Origin: Lama guanicoe
Taxonomy: Eukaryota
Assembly (NCBI GenBank): GCA_013239625.1
Contig: MU053493.1
Coordinates: 1,187,793 to 1,251,792 of the forward strand
DNA: 64,000 nucleotides
Direction of reading: 5' to 3'
Shown here: one piece after another, positions 22,131 to 34,300 of the stretch
Layout: the number at the start of each line of letters is the position of its first letter
Position numbering within the stretch: position 1 is the stretch's first letter
The notes under the pieces: generated by a model
Told to the model about the DNA's origin: nothing
Databases searched by the model: none
The model's input: only the letters and a program-made list of their open reading frames with translations
Program-made: the position numbers and the translations under genes

Positions 22131-24907
22131 AATTGAATTGAACTGACCCGGAGTCTTACTAGTATCTACAAGCAAGAGAGTGGGGTGAGGGGTTGGGTAT
22201 CACATAAGGCCAGAGGCCCACCTCACTTCTGGAAAAGTGGAAGAGCCTGCATCCCATGATGCTGGGCAGCAGTGTCCACATGCACCATGGACCCCGACAT
22301 CCTGACCTCTGTGGGTTGTGGACAGTGTGCATGCTGGCTTCCCAGGCAGGGCTAGGATGACAGTAACACTTTCCAGTGAGACACTCACTCGTCCTGGTTT
22401 ACCGTTCATGCTGGACGGTAAAGTTCTCCGTGGTCACTTTTATTGTTTACATATTTTGACACGCTGTCTCTCTTTTTAATAAAAGGAACTGATTTCTCTA
22501 CATGATCCTAGGACACAAGACATAGGCACTGGTACTGATGGAGAGACAGGTGGGTTACTGGCCTTTGGACCCAGGGCTGGCAGTGGTCATTGTGGGTGTC
22601 CTGTGGGTACACAGCTCCTCACTGGGCTGCAAGGAGGTCTGAATGGAGGCTGGAGCACCAGTAAGCATTTGAACAGGATTTTTTCATCACAGAAGCCTTG
22701 AACACTTGCTGCAGTGTATTGAACAGACTAAAGTGAGCTTTGACTCATTTGCCAGCAGGTTTAAGAGATTGGCTTGGATGGTCTCTTAAATGCATCGCTG
22801 AAAGAAATGATTTACTGACTCACGAGAAAATCTCCCCTGGGTGCACGTGTGTCTCTTTGAACTCCAGAAGGCTCATCAATGACAGTCCAGGGAAGTTCCT
22901 GTCCAGAGATGCCCCGATTATTGCCAGAGGAGTCACATGCTGCTGGGATTGTATGAGACTCAGAAAACAGCGCTGACATAAGCAAAAGTCTTATACAAAC
23001 TCTTAGCAGAAAATGATCGTAGTTCTCTGGACAGGATAAACCTCAACGGATGTAGGGGTTGGAAGCCAACAACAGTTTTGAATCAAACAATTTACGTTTT
23101 TATGGCCATGATCCCAATAAATTGGGTGGAATGCAATTCCTGAACTTGTAGAAAATGTCCAAATCTCTAAACTGCAGTTTGGTGCACTGCCACATAGAAA
23201 CCTTCATAAAATGTATTCTAAATCATATTATGGAAGTTTGGGAGAAATCCTTGAAAATGCTCATCTCCAGCCTCCCGCCTCTTCTCTTGCTTGTTAGCAG
23301 AGGGTCTATTTTAATTGGTGTGAATTCATTGATTACATAGAGGTGTTTGTTGTTCACTTTGTCGGGTTTTGGAGGAGGGAGATCTTGAGAGGCTGCACTC
23401 GTCTCTTAGCCGTCAGCTGTCAGGGGACGCCTGTGGGGATCGGGCCGCCCCTCACAGGGGGGGCGTTGAGCTGAGATCCGGCCCCCTCGTCCCACTCCGG
23501 AGAGGAGCACAGCTGTTCTCAAGTAAAAGTGCCGAGTGTGATGCAATCGGGTCTTGGATTTTTGCCAAATACAAATCTGTTCGTTCTGGCCTGTGCCTCT
23601 GTTCAGTGGCCTTTGGGTAAGTCACAAGCCACCCTTTGGAGGCCATGCTGCCCTGTTCCCTGCCCGTGTGCCTGCACGAACCGAAGCAGTTCTCACCTCC
23701 CATCCTGGAGGGAAAGGAGACGGTGGGGGGACATGCACACGTGCGGAGCGCCAGTCGGCCTGATACCCACATCAGGCTCTTCCTCCACACAGGGCCCTGC
23801 GGGTAGGCCAGCATCTCTGGGCTTCTGTGGGGATGCTGGGCCCTTGGGCAAGGCAGGAGGAACCCGTGGTGGCCCAGCCTGCCCGCGCAGGCCCCTGCTA
23901 AGCTGTCCGGTCCCTCCAGGTTATGGGATGGCCTGCACTCCTCTGGCCTTCTCCAGATTGTTAAAAACCAGGCTTCCTTCTGCCCCTAGCACCCTCAGGG
24001 CTGGCGGGGCCTCGGAGGGGCTGACCTCCTGCTTCACACTAATCCTGAACCCTGCTCTTCCCCAGCGGCTGGGATGCAGAGCCACAGGCCCTCCTGCTGG
24101 TGGTTCTAAAAAGCATTTCCCCCTTTTCAGCCCAGTTTAGGGGGAGGGAAAGTTCAAGGGGAGGTCACGGGCAGTCCCTGAGAGGCCTTGGCCTGCCTGC
24201 TGAGGTGCCTTCACCCGCAGCTGCTTTCTGGTGCCTGTCTTCGTCCCAGGCCTCCCAGCACGTGCTCGGGGCGATTCTGTTTCTCGCGCCCGTGGTTCCG
24301 TCAGCAGTCAGTCACTTCTGCACGTTTTGGGAGCAGTTGTCCTAGAGTTCAACAGAAGGAGCTAGTCAGGCTTAAACCATAGTCATCTGCATGGGTACGG
24401 CTGACCTTCTCCCAAATAGGTTGGGTTGAAATGTCTCATACTCATCCGTTTAGTTGCATGGTGGCAGGGAGGGTGGGAGGTGGGCACAGTGTGCAAGCAC
24501 CATCAGCCTGGGGCCCGGGTTCTCAGAGCCCCTGTGATGGCTCCTGTGTAGGTGTGGGGTCCACCAGCTCCCTCTGGTCCAGCAGGATTGGGCCTCCCTC
24601 CACCCCAGCTTCACCCCAGGACCCTTGCAGACAGAGCTAGGTTTCTGAAATCAGGCCCTGAGGATTCTTGTGAAGTGGAGGGGAGGCCAGTGGAGGACCA
24701 GGTGGAAATGACATCTGGCAGAGCAACATCCTGAGGTCCTGTCCCGGGTGGATGGGAAGGAGAGCAGAGGACCATCCCTGGGAGGGAGCTGGACAAGGCA
24801 ATGGGGGAGCAGCCCTGAGGTTTGGAAGGGACAGGTTTCTCGGGAGATTCTAATTCAGAGAGTAGGTGGGACCAGAGTATGTCCTATAAACCGTAAAAGG
24901 GCCCCAT

Positions 24908-25555
24908 GGTCCTTAAAAAACTAAAAATAGACTTACCAAATGATCCAGCAGTCCCACTCCTGGGCATATATCCAGAGGGAACTCTAATTCGAAAAGATAC
25001 ATGTACCCCAATGTTCACAGCAGCAGTATTTACAATAGCCAAGACATGGAAACAACCTAAATGTCCATTGACAGATGACTGGATAAAGAAGATGTGGTGT
25101 ATTTATACAATGGAATACTACTCAGCCATAAAAAAGAATGAAGCAATGCCATTTGCGGCAACATGGATGGTCCTGGAGGTCATCATACTAAGTGAAGTAA
25201 GCCAGAAAGAGAAAGACAAATGTAATATCACTTATATGTGGAATCTGAAAAAATGACACAAATGAACTTATTTACAAAACAGAAAAAGACTCACAGAAAT
25301 AGAAAACAAACTTATGGTTACCAGGGGGGAAAGAGGGTGGGAAGGATAAGTTAGCAGTTTGGGATTAGCAAACTATTATATAAAGTAGATGAACAACAAG
25401 GTCCCACTGCATAGCACAGGGAGCTCTATTCAATATCTTGTTAATAGCCTCTAAGGAAAAAGAATCTGAAAAAGAATGTATATGTATGACTGAATCACTA
25501 TGCTGTACACCAGAAATTAACACAACATTGTAAATCAACTATACTTAAAAAAAAA
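24908..25555 (+). mobile_element. 5'-truncated young L1 3' end
   Basis: Open ORF2 C-terminus LKKLKIDLPNDPAVPLLGIYP...CTPMFTAAVFTIAKTWKQPKCP...EYYSAIKKNE, 3'UTR and A tail. Confidence 0.96.
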
Positions 25556-27718
25556 TCTTGCTACAAGCTAAACAAAAAGGATGGGGCTGTGGGACCTGTG
25601 CTTTTTAGGGCTGTGTCCCAGGGCCTCTCCCCAACAGGCTTTGGGGGAAGTGCAGGGGTGTGCGGGGAGAGGGGCACCTCCCCCATCCTGGGCACCACCC
25701 TACTCTCCCTTTCACTTTCAAGTCTTTGTGCAATTCTATTCCAAGGAAGTGCTGCCCCTGAAAGGGTCTGGGAGCCCCTGCAGAGCTGAGGAGAGAAGGG
25801 TGGGCGAAGGCCAGGACAGTACCAGGACTTTACTAGATGGGCTTCATTCACTTCACTTCGTGCAGGATGGAGGTGTGTGTCTCCTGCCTGTGTGTGATAC
25901 TCTGCTCTGTCTGGCCTGGTCAGGGTAGCATCCATCTCACCCGCCAGTAAGACACTGAGCTGTCAACCACTGCGGAGCCACGTCAGTGCCCCAGGCGTGC
26001 CTCTTCCGTCAGGCACCTTGGAGGATCCCCTGGTGGGTGTAGTTTCCAGGGCTTTCTGCCGGGCCTGGCCTTGCAGGGCGGGCACGCGCTGCATGTCACC
26101 TGCAGGAGGACATTACTCTCAGGTGGTCACTGTGGAGGGCACTTGAGTGACTCATTGCAGCTGCAGAAGTGGCCTGAGAACAGGGTGACAGGCCTCAGAG
26201 GTCTTTCAAGATGTGATGAAAACTCCATGATCAGCCATGGGTGCAGCAGCATTTATGGAAAAGACCCAGAGTCTGTGCTTCTGATGGAGCCTGGGCAGTC
26301 GAGAACAGGACGGCTTAAGGCAGCATGCCAGCCTCCCCCAGTGTCCTCTGGAGGACCAGCGCAGTAGTGGTCCCCAGCCTCCCTGGGTGGCCTGGTCACT
26401 GAGCTCAGAAAGGGGGAGTCAGTGGTGTATCCAGTGAGGAATCTGAGCCTTCAGTGTCTTATGGGCAATAAAGAACAAGCTTAAAACATATGATTTTCAA
26501 GAAATATTTTGTGAATGGGGAAGACATAAAAGGAAAATGACATTTCGCAAAGGACTTTTTTTTTTTTTACCAGTTCTACTTAAGGATTTTGAAGTAATTT
26601 TAAAATCTGATGTGGAAGGATATTTTTGTCCCTGAGCCCTAAGCAGAGAGGCACAGAGGCAGGCGTTTCTGGTCTGCAAATTCGAAAATGCCAGTCCTGA
26701 TGGATCTGGGGTTTGCTGCTCCGGGACCCGGTGACTTGGGCCACTCTGAGCCTCTGTCTTCTTCTCTAGAATATGATTATTATTGGTTGTGGGTATCAGT
26801 GCCTTTCAGCTGTTACTCTTTTCACTGGCCTTGAAGTGCCCTGCTCAAGTAAAGTCCTACCCACAAAAGTAAACAGGCCCCCCCATAAATCCTCCTGCCC
26901 TCCATTAGCCAAAAGGGCACCTAGAGGCCCCACAGGTTTCTGGGGATCCCTGTCACTCCTCGACATTTCAGAACCTGACAGCCCAGCTGTGTTTGCACCA
27001 AGCCCCAGTCGGGGTTCAATTCAGGATGGAAAAGTTTTGACCTGAAAGAGTCCATGTTGTTTTTTTGTATCACAGCAGTGGTGACTGCCTTCCAAAGACC
27101 AAGTCAAAAAACAAAAACAAAAAACAAAACAAAATACTATGACTTCATTTCTTTTTCTTTCTTATAAAATAAGTCAGTCCATTAAAAACGATGTGAGATG
27201 TTAATGTGCCTCAAGCCTGCTTATTCCCACAGATCAAATGTGCTCCAGCAGGACTGAATTTTAATAACGTCAGATTTACTTGATGGTTACTTCTTATGTG
27301 CATATTGGCAGAATTAAGTAGAGTGCGAGGCTGAGCACTACCATACTTTTTGTGATTTCATGTAACAGCCGTAGACAAGTGGAAGGCAACTACCCTGTTG
27401 TGACCTGGAGGCTATAATGACACTACAGTAATCTTACCTTTATGTGATCTGTAGACACATACGTGTAAATGCCAAATCTATGCTGTCTGGCTGGTTGTTT
27501 CATAGATACATACCACGTAGAGCATATATATTATTATATTCATTATCATATTCTAATATAAACATGAATAATGTATTATTTCATTCTATTTTTACATATT
27601 TCTATAAAGAGCCATCAGTCACACGGCATAAGTTCAGGATTTAAAACCATCTCCTGATTTCTCTTGGCTTTTCATCATGGACTGAAAGCAACCAATAGTA
27701 AACCTCATATTCCTGTGT

Positions 27719-27742
27719 ACACACACACACACACACACACAC
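27719..27742. repeat. (AC)12 microsatellite
   Basis: Directly visible. Confidence 0.95.
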
Positions 27743-27831
27743 GCAACACAATCTAGCCCCAGAAAATTTTAGTATCCACAAAGTAAATGATGTTTCCTCT
27801 AATTTGTTTGATTAAAAAAAATAGTTTGTAA

Positions 27832-27915
27832 GGGGAGAGTATAGCTCAGTGGTAGAACACATGCTTAGCATGCCCGGGGTCCTGGGTTCAATCCCCAGTA
27901 CCTCCATTAAAAATT

Positions 27916-27961
<46 letters not shown>

Positions 27962-28010
27962 CATTTAAAAATAACTGTAAAAATTATATAAAAATGAAAT
28001 TTTAAAAAAT
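27832..28010 (+). mobile_element. tRNA-Ala-derived SINE whose tail expanded into (TAA)~14 (27918-27959)
   Basis: tatagctcagtggtagaacacatgcttagcatg...ggttcaatccccagtacctcca, then a TAA repeat. Confidence 0.92.
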
Positions 28011-29569
28011 ATTTTAAAATGTTAGTGTTGTTTCAAAAATGCCATCTTATGTACGTTGAGAAAGTGTCTTATGTAGCCGTGGTGACGTGTCCCTGCATGT
28101 ACCAGGAAGGCAGTAGTGTGGAACCAGGCCCGGGGGCTGTCCTGATGGGCCCCGCCTGGAGTGCTGGGCTCCCAGAAGGGCTGGGTTTTCCCAGGAGCCT
28201 GGAGCTGGGGCAGGGACAGTGTGTCAGGCCATCTTGCAGGCCTGGCCCCTGGAGCGGAGAGGGGCGCCTGTCTCTGCTGAGAATAGGGCTTGTCCTCACA
28301 CTCGGCCTCCCTGTCACCTGCAGCTCCGGCGGCCTGGCCCCGTCTTGCCTGCCTACCACATGGGGACCGCTCCAGCCATTGTTCCCTGGGAAAGCTGATT
28401 GCACAGTGGAGTTTCCGGCCGTATCTGCTTTCCAGAACACTTTCTGGAAACCTGATTCCGTTCTTTTTAACAATGGGCTAATGGAGTGGGTGTGTGTGTG
28501 TTTTCATTTGATGGTGGTTGTTTCCTGTTCTCTGGCTCAGCGTTGGGAGCCCTGAGGGTGCACCACAGGCACCTGTGGAGGGGCCTGAGGCTGCCTGTGC
28601 ACCTGGGGGTCCTGGGGCTCCCGGTGGCCCGCAGGGAGGGTGGGGTATCGGAGGACATCGGGGGGCCCCTGTCAGCAGGACTCAGCAAAGGGCTCAGCTA
28701 ACCACTTGCCAGGGATCTTAGAACAAATCAATCAATCAATCAATTAATTAATTAAAAAAAAAAAACACAACAGCCCTGGGCCTGGTTTCTCTCCGCTGTG
28801 AACCAGGCGTAGCGTGACCTCCCCAGTTTCTTGCTCTAAAGGGCAGGAGGAGCTTGAAGTTCCGACAGCAGGAGGCTTCTGTGACCTGGAGGGCCCTGTG
28901 CATGGGGCAGCAGGACTCAGCCCCTGACTCAGCTCTGTGCAGCCAGAATGTGGGATCTCAGGGAGGCCCGGGGTGAGCCCAAGCTACCACCAGGGGTGAC
29001 TGGGACCAGCTGTGGGGGCTGTGGGGTCACCTGGCTGCTCTGTCCCTGCTGTCCCCACTGTGACTCTAAACACACTGGGACCCAATGGCCCCACAGGGCC
29101 CTGGAGAAGATGGGAGCCTAAGGCCTGGCATCCTTGATCTGCCCCAGCATGGGGTATGTTGGGGGTGAGACCCTGGGCCACCAAGACCCTCTCCTCAGCC
29201 CGATCAAGGTATGCTAGGGTAGCTGAGCCTCAGGTGCAACCGTGTAGGGCTCAAGGGGCTTTTTGTCTTGAAACAGACTGTGCTGAGCCACAGCATGAGC
29301 CCACATTAGTTCCAGGCCCCATCTGCTCGTGTTCAGGGCATACCCAACCCTTACCTGCCCCACCTGCCCTCAGACACCAAGGCACAGCTGACCAAAGGCG
29401 GAGCTGCTTCAAGGAATAGCTGTCTGGCAGTCTAGCCAGCCTAGCCAGCCAGCCTTCCACCCAGCCCCAGGGCGTAGGACACACCGATGAACAAAACACA
29501 CAAGTGTCTGCCACCTGGTGAGCCCACCTGGTGAGCTGTGTGAAACAGTGACTGTGGGAGCAGCAGGAT

Positions 29570-29900
29570 GGGACAGACAGGGCAATCTCGGAAGGCTTCC
29601 TTAGGGAAGTGCCTGCTACTTTCAAGTCCGAAGGATGAGTAGGTGCTAAAGAGATGAGAAAAGAGCACTGGGACAGCGGGAGCAGTCTGCAGAGGCCTGG
29701 AGGCTGGAGTGGAGGGTGTGGCTGGTGCGTCTACATGGGGCAAGTCTGGGTGTTCAAGGCAGGAGCTGATGAGGAATGTTGATGGTTTTGTGAGGTCCTG
29801 CAAAGAGCAAGGTCGCCTTTAAGAAGGGTCCTCTTGCTATGATTGGAAAGCTGCCTGGCTTTGGGAGGGAGTAAAGTGGGCCTGGCCCCAGGCTGTCATC
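29570..29900 (-). mobile_element. Degraded L2 fragment
   Basis: ggaaggcttccttagggaagtg...gaaggatgagtagg...tgcagaggcctggaggc, typical antisense L2. Confidence 0.55.
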
Positions 29901-30163
29901 CTGATGAGAGGCAGTGCTTGGCTCAGAGATTGAATTAGGGTCTGTTCCTTCCTCCTCCCCCTTGAATGTCCATCTCCATCCCTCAGGTCCTTCCAGCTCT
30001 TCTAGAAGGCTCCTGAGATCTTAGCTGGTGTGTCCCTAGATCTCAGTCCTCTGAACACATGGACATGCCATGTCTCCCGGTGAGCTCCTTGAAGGAGGTG
30101 CCCATGCAGCTGAACTGCCCGAACCCATTCCCCCAAGCACATGGTAGATGTGTAGTAGGATCA

Positions 30164-30368
30164 ATGGGTGGATGGTAGACAGGTGAGTGGGTGGATAGAT
30201 GGATGGATGAATGAGTGGGCTGGTGAGTGGATGGATGGGTGGGTAGATGGGTGGATGGATGAGTGGATGGATGGATGAGTGAGTGGGTGATGAGTGGAAG
30301 GATGGATGACTGAGTGGGTAGATGGGCAGATGGATGGATGAGTGAGTGGGTGGTTGGGTGGGTGGATG
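30164..30368. repeat. Degenerate (TGGA)n/(TGGG)n simple repeat
   Basis: gatggatggatgaatgagtggg... over ~200 bp. Confidence 0.92.
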
Positions 30369-30399
30369 CATAGAGGTTCTGTGGGGAACAGGGAGGACA

Positions 30400-30630
30400 C
30401 TGGATCAGTCAGACCTGGATCTGAGTCACTTTTATACCACTTCCTGTCTGTTTTCCTATTGGGCAAATTATTCAATGACTCTCAGTCTCAGATTTTTTTA
30501 ATCTGTAAAATGAGGACTAACCATATCTGCCTCTGAGTGTTGTGAGGCTCATGTGAGAAAGAGCCTGGCAGTGTGCTGTGAAGTTGCATGTGAGTGCAAA
30601 CAGGAGTGCAAACGGGTCTTGTTGCTGTGC
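30400..30630 (+). mobile_element. MIR
   Basis: agacctggatctgagtc...ttgggcaaattattcaa...tctcagtctcag...atctgtaaaatgagga. Confidence 0.8.
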
Positions 30631-32074
30631 TCAGCAGACCCTGAGAGTCCTGCTAGGTAGCAGAAGGCCCCTCCCCAAGACACTCAGCACCAAGAAGAGG
30701 CCAGGCCCCTGGGGGTGGGGGTGCTCCCCGAAGCTCCCATCTGGTCATGAGCACTCATGGGAGGACCTCTGTGTTCACGTGCAGGAGGAACCTCCAATGC
30801 ACGTTGCAGCCCTTAGGTCATGAATAACCATCTGGCCACAAAAGGGGCATGTGCTTCTAATATCAGAGCCGGATTTCTGCCCAGGGAACAGCCTCCTACC
30901 AGCCTACTCACTCCCTGCAGTTTCTGATGTAATAAACACCCTCCTGGCTTCTGCATCTAAGGTGTGGTTTCTGTGATTAGACTGGAACACGGGTGCCAGG
31001 GTTGACCTGAAGGAAGGCTTGGATGCATGTGGGGAGATCCTTGACTTGGTGGCCCTCTGCCCGTATCTTCAGTCCACTGGCCTCCTTAGGCCTGTGACCC
31101 CTTGGCTGAAGGGAAGCCCCACATTCCAAGTCAAATAGCAGCAAAACATTGGGAGAGACTGAGTGAGAGCTGGGAGGGCCTGGACCGCGGCCCCAAGCCC
31201 ACCGCTCAGGAGCGGGTGAAGGAGCACCTCACTTCTGTGTCTGGTAGTGTGTCCTCATCTACCAATGGAGAAGGGAAGTATAGCCCTGGGACTGCCATCT
31301 GGATCTTAAGAGACAGATTGTGCCAGTCACTGGCATGGGCCCTGGATGGTCACCCGGCAGGCAGCGGCCGACTCACCTTTGGTCTCCATCATCACAAGCC
31401 CCCATCGATGAGCTCTGACCCCTTCACTGCCTACACCCAACACCAGCCCAAACACACCAGCTTTTGCATCTCCCTGAACTGACGCAGTGCTCTGTAAAGA
31501 CAGGGCCTGCTGTCCATGATGAGGCACGTGTGGCCGGGACCTGCCGGGGAGGACACGGGAAATGAACAGGAATCCCAGGCCACTGTTTTACCAGAAATAC
31601 CAAACGTCATCCAGTCCAAAACTGCATGTTTCAGAGTTCCTCATCCTCTACCCCGGTCCTCCCTTGCTCCAAATCTCTGCGGAGGATAGCCAGCCCACCT
31701 CCCCCAGGTCAGCTCTCTGGCAGGAACCCATGGGAGTGTCCAAGCTGGGTGTTATGTTCTGAGCAAACAGAGTGAAACCACCATAGTGCTCGAGACTCTA
31801 ATCAGCCTTCGTTCAGATGAGCGTCTGGTAGAATGAAAACCTTGGGCATCTTGTGATGACCCACTGGCTGGGAGAGAACCACCGCAGGGAGATGCTCCAT
31901 AGAAAGATCCATGCGTCCCCATTCGGGAGCCCACAGTGAACTGCGCCCCCCCGTGTTGCCCCTCACCCTCGGACTAGAAGGAGGGGCGACATGAATTTGT
32001 CTAGATTTCCCTTAGTCCCCAGGTACTGTTTTCATAGATAGTCTCACTTTCAATATTAAAAAACATAATGACAT

Positions 32075-32212
32075 GGGGAGGGTAGAGCTCAGGGGTAGAG
32101 CACCTGCTTAGCATGCGCAAGGTCCTGGGTTCAATCCCCAGCAACTCCATTAAAAATATAAATAGACAAACAAATAAAAACCTAATTACCCACCTTCAAA
32201 AATAGTGAAAAT
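32075..32212 (+). mobile_element. tRNA-Ala-derived SINE
   Basis: ggggagggtagagctcag...gcttagcatgc...ggttcaatcccc, aaaacctaattaccc. Confidence 0.92.
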
Positions 32213-32614
32213 AACTAGGCTGTTATAATTGAAAAGATTCGAAACAGCCGTATTTTTTTGTTTTCATTTTAACCGTGTTTTTGTCTTCACTTTTACAGAT
32301 CTTTATTCGCTATCAGAGCAATGACTAACCTCTGGGGAGAAAAGAAATTACCTGTTATTTCACTTAACCTAAATACATTGACTTTTATTTTTAAATTAAA
32401 TATGTAGGAAATGAATTCATCTGTCTCGGTTGCCTATAAACCCTAGGAGAAACAATTACATTTTATTTATTTGCGGGTTAAGATGGTCTCTCTTCTCATG
32501 AAATGTTCACTCACGAAGCCAGAGGAGGCTCTCTCCCAGTGCCCCACGGAGGAGGCAGCCGAGACAGCGGGCTCCGGGTGGGGAGGCTGTTGAAATGATT
32601 TCCTGACATCCTTC

Positions 32615-32750
32615 ACTCGGATGTAAGTTCCATGAAGGCAGGATGTCTTTTTGGGGTTTTGTTCACTGCTCTATCCCCAAGCCTTTAGAACAATGCCAGC
32701 TAGCACTTAGTAGGTGTTTAATAAATCCTTGTGGAATAAGTGAATCAATC
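32615..32750 (+). mobile_element. L2a 3' end
   Basis: atgtaagttccatgaaggcagg...gttcactgctctatcccc...aataaatccttgtggaataagtgaat. Confidence 0.8.
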
Positions 32751-32899
32751 ATTTATCAATTTATAGTCTTCTCCCATCTCCTCATTGTGTACCAATAACA
32801 TGGGAAGTGACCACTTTATATTGGAATATGTGTATATTACATTGTTTTCTGCGTGGTGAGATAACGTTATTAAATAGTCTTTTTAGAGATCTAGCTGTC

Positions 32900-33500
32900 A
32901 GTGTCAAGTTACTTTGCCAGAAATTAAGGCATACCACAAATCTATAGTGATTAAAAATTGTGGTCCTGGGACAAGGACAGACCAATGGACCCTTAGCACA
33001 GAATAGGGAGCTCTGAAACAGACTTGCCTGTAATGAGAGCTTAATCTCTGTTAAGGTGGAGCCACAGATCAATAGGGAAAGTTTCTATATAGAAATTTTC
33101 CATACAGGGAAGATTTCAATAGAGAGAAAAATAAAACTGGATTCGTACCAAGCACAACATACAGAGGTTCAAAAAAATAGAGACGTAAATGTGAAAGGTA
33201 AAATTACAAAGTTAATTGAAGAAAGTTTAGGTGTAGGAAGGACTTCTTAAATAAACCTCAAGAGCACAAATTATGAGACCAAAAAAAAGAATCTGATCCC
33301 ATTGAAATTAAGAATTTCTGTTCAGTGAAGGCTACGTTGGATAGCAGCCTCAGTCAGGTGACATTTGGTGGGTAAATCCCAGCAATATCAAGTAACAATA
33401 CGCAGGGGGCTTTTCCAGAAAAATGGGCACAGCATCTGATCAGGCATTTTACAGACCAGAAAAGTCGCAGGGTTACAAAGCAAACGAAAAGATGCTCCAT
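32900..33500 (+). mobile_element. Old L1 ORF2 fragment
   Basis: accacaaatctatagtgattaaaaattgtggt...gacagaccaatgg...aaattaagaatttctgttca...aaaatgggca. Confidence 0.75.
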
Positions 33501-33502
33501 TC

Positions 33503-33595
33503 TTTTTTTTTTTTTTAATGGAAGTACTGGGGATCGAACCCAGGACCTCCTGCATGCTGAGCATGCGCTCTGCCAGGGAGCTATTACCTTTCCCC
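33503..33595 (-). mobile_element. tRNA-Ala-derived SINE, short form
   Basis: polyT, then tggaagtactggggatcgaacccaggacc...gcatgctgagca...gagctattacctttcccc. Confidence 0.9.
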
Positions 33596-34099
33596 GCCTC
33601 AAATCGCTTTTAATCAGAGAAGCGTGCTGTCCTTCCTGCTCCATCTTTCAGTTTCAGAGAGTTCACGTCAGTCATTGCCTGGCAGTATTTTTTATTTCCA
33701 AAATTCACGTTCTGTGCCGGAAACATTTACGGTGTTGACCCTTGGGTGGGGATGACTTTCAGACACCTTGGGGACAGTGGCGTCTCTCAGGGAACCCGAC
33801 AGCAGGTGAGGAAATGGAAGTGTTCTCATTTATTTGGACTTGAGGATGAATGTGATTCTGATTACAGATAAAACTCCCAGCAGATTCTCCTAGTTTCTAT
33901 CCAGCAGGAGGAGAGACGTGGCTTGGAGATGTTCAGTGTTGTTTACAGCGAACACCGGTAGATGTTCTGTGTAACCATTACTCAGTGTCTAATGGGTGCA
34001 TTAAAAGTCTCGCAATTTTGAAATTTATTTCCAGCATCTTCAAGACTGTAATGATGCCAGAAATCTATCTGGGTGTAAGATACGGTAACAGCTATCTGA

Positions 34100-34300
34100 C
34101 AACAGCCAGAGTTTGGAGTTTGTGTTCCTGGATTTAGTTGTTGTATGACCTTGGAAAATTCACTGAACCTCCTTGAGCATCAATCTGTTCATGTGTAAAA
34201 TGTGCGTGAAAAAGAAACCTTGACTGTTGAGATGGAGCAGGAGATAATATGACCAAGATCTGTGTGAACTGCAAAGGGCCCCTGCACACGTTGGCTCTAT
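34100..34300 (+). mobile_element. MIR
   Basis: tgtatgaccttggaaaattcactgaacctccttgagcatcaatctgttcatgtgtaaaatg. Confidence 0.75.

Noticed and set aside
23529..24140. 203-aa ORF as a single-exon gene
   Set aside because: Low-complexity P/G/C/R translation; only the part before the donor at 23616 is kept as a speculative exon.
24906..25256. ORFs with real protein similarity (also 4562-4906, 14028-14330, 49366-49620)
   Set aside because: Truncated L1 ORF2p remnants; not host genes and not active elements.
30036..30475. His/Pro-rich repeat proteins
   Set aside because: Translation of a (TGGA)n simple repeat.
33075..33100. Near-palindrome ggaaagtttctatatagaaattttcc, and gcgttaacgc at ~58617
   Set aside because: Too short for a pre-miRNA; the first lies in an old L1 and both are plausible by chance or slippage.
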